A DNA stretch of 63,987 nt, the filler included, from Basidiobolus ranarum (Eukaryota), in the NCBI GenBank assembly GCA_040143965.1. It is 4 parts of 4 records of this genome, joined end to end, with 100 filler letters (N's around TTAATTAATTAA, not from the genome) between each part and the next. Parts side by side here need not be neighbours in the genome. Positions count along the whole stretch, not along the records: positions 49,581 to 63,987 come from JASJQH010000426.1; 3 more parts are not named here. One strand, written 5' to 3'. Within the stretch, counting starts at the first letter, position 1. Every line of letters starts with the position of its first letter. The notes under the pieces are model-generated. The model was given only the letters and a program-made list of their open reading frames with translations. It did not search any database and had not been told where the DNA came from. Made by a program: the position numbers and the translations under genes. Shown here piece by piece: positions 62,644 to 63,987 of the stretch.

Positions 62644-63987
62644 GACTTGTTAGCGATACAGTGATTAGTATGTAGTTAGCGTTGCGAATAGGACAGAGTA
62701 ACTTGGAACATGCGTGCTCAGCAATCGCATTTACGTATGCTTTATATATCGCAGTTTAGTTAAGAACAATTGCAGTTGCTGTAGCCCAATTGGAATGTGC
62801 GGGCCAGGATACAAGCACTTGACGTTGACGAAGATTTACGGCCTCAGTAAGTTTCTCACTATGACAACAAAGCCAGCGCTTATTTTTGCGAATGTCTTGA
62901 ATTAATCGATTGTCGACGTTCAATCAATCATCAGCATTCTATTATTATGAGTTTTCGGTTGATGGTGAGTAGGACTCTGCATACCGTCGCCAATATAAGC
63001 TGACACTCAAATGGCATACCATTGGCGCGTCCAGAAATAATCTTAATTCATCCAGAGTTTGTATCTTCCGTCAGGCTTCAATGGCATTGGATGTCAGAGA
63101 GCCACTGCCGAATAGTGGGACTCTCTGCTCCAAGGAAATCATGCTCACTTTGACTTTCTAAGATCCCATGCGCTTGGTTAGAAGCCCTGGTTCTCTCTGA
63201 GCAAGATATCTTACTACTGAGCACACTGAATCTAGATTGAAGCTAGACTTTGGATAGATCTGGATTATCGTTCAAATAGAAAGTTCACTTGACAGAGTTT
63301 ACCATATATGGACAAACAGTGACGTTTCGGGATGGATAAGAGGTCAAGATATCCGACGCATCTGATAGGTGATGTGCATCCTGATAGCTCTAAACGCTGG
63401 ATCACGCACCGATTGCTTGGGGACATGGTAGTAAACATTAGCTTTGTGGGCGATGCTGCTGTACCAGCTTTTCTGCTCTCTTGCGGCTAGAGTCCATCTG
63501 TAAACATTCAGCAACTGAGTCGCATCAGTATACATACGCCCATGAGAATTCTTCCTGCGCAATAGATGGCTGAGGTTTGAAACAGCAGAGATGGTGACTA
63601 ATAATAGGCAATGGAAACCAACTTCGAAAATTCGAGATCTACCCAGGAATTCCGTAAAAATAGCATCAACTGTTTTGGATTTAGGTAGGTCGTCGTATAT
63701 TTCTATAGGCTCAGTAGTTTATCTCGCATCGAATGAACGAGCGAAATACCACATCATTGAGGCTGAATAAATATCTTCACAACAACAGGCGAATAGTCAA
63801 AGTGTATTGTCCGTGTTATTGGAAATTTCTTTTTATCAAATCAAATCAGACCCTGCAAGCTGTTCAGGACGTCATTACATCTTCCCTCTCTTTCACTATT
63901 TGAGCCATTTTATCTAACTACTTTGGTACGCTCTCAATTCTCCATAGTAAGGGAAGATATACCGATGGTACTAGAAACCTTACGTCA

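Noticed and set aside
63000-63760. Exon-like fragments on the minus strand near the window end
   Set aside because: I could not assemble a stop-free spliced model or recognise a family.

Overview
Eukaryotic, intron-rich fungal genomic DNA. An early-diverging fungus is likely, and Basidiobolus-like is only my inference from gene content, short GT-AG introns, an ABCA half-transporter and bacterial-like enzymes. The window is not one locus. It is four contigs joined by identical artificial 100-nt linkers (N44-TTAATTAATTAA-N44 at 16480, 33014 and 49481), and the contigs appear ordered by size. Contig 1: a CpG-depleted decayed element, an orphan ORF, a Zn2Cys6 transcription factor, an F-box/LRR gene, and TRM13 head-to-head with THADA/TRM732. 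Contig 2: GIT1-like MFS permease, Pho85-type cyclin, HEM13 with a mitochondrial-type presequence, a PHD protein, two mitochondrial-type proteins, a small secreted protein and partial RPL1. Contig 3: ABCA transporter, type II PI4-kinase, a bacterial-like Gfo/Idh/MocA oxidoreductase with a probable recently gained in-frame intron, and a convergent D-amino-acid-oxidase-family gene with a PTS1-like tail. Contig 4: CsbD-like, LITAF, NECAP (8 exons, missed by the ORF track), tyrosinase and a PMT2-type mannosyltransferase. The best novelty candidates are the putatively horizontally acquired oxidoreductase/DAO pair and the divergent pair of tRNA 2'-O-methylation genes. All family calls are by motif recognition, and no database searches were run.
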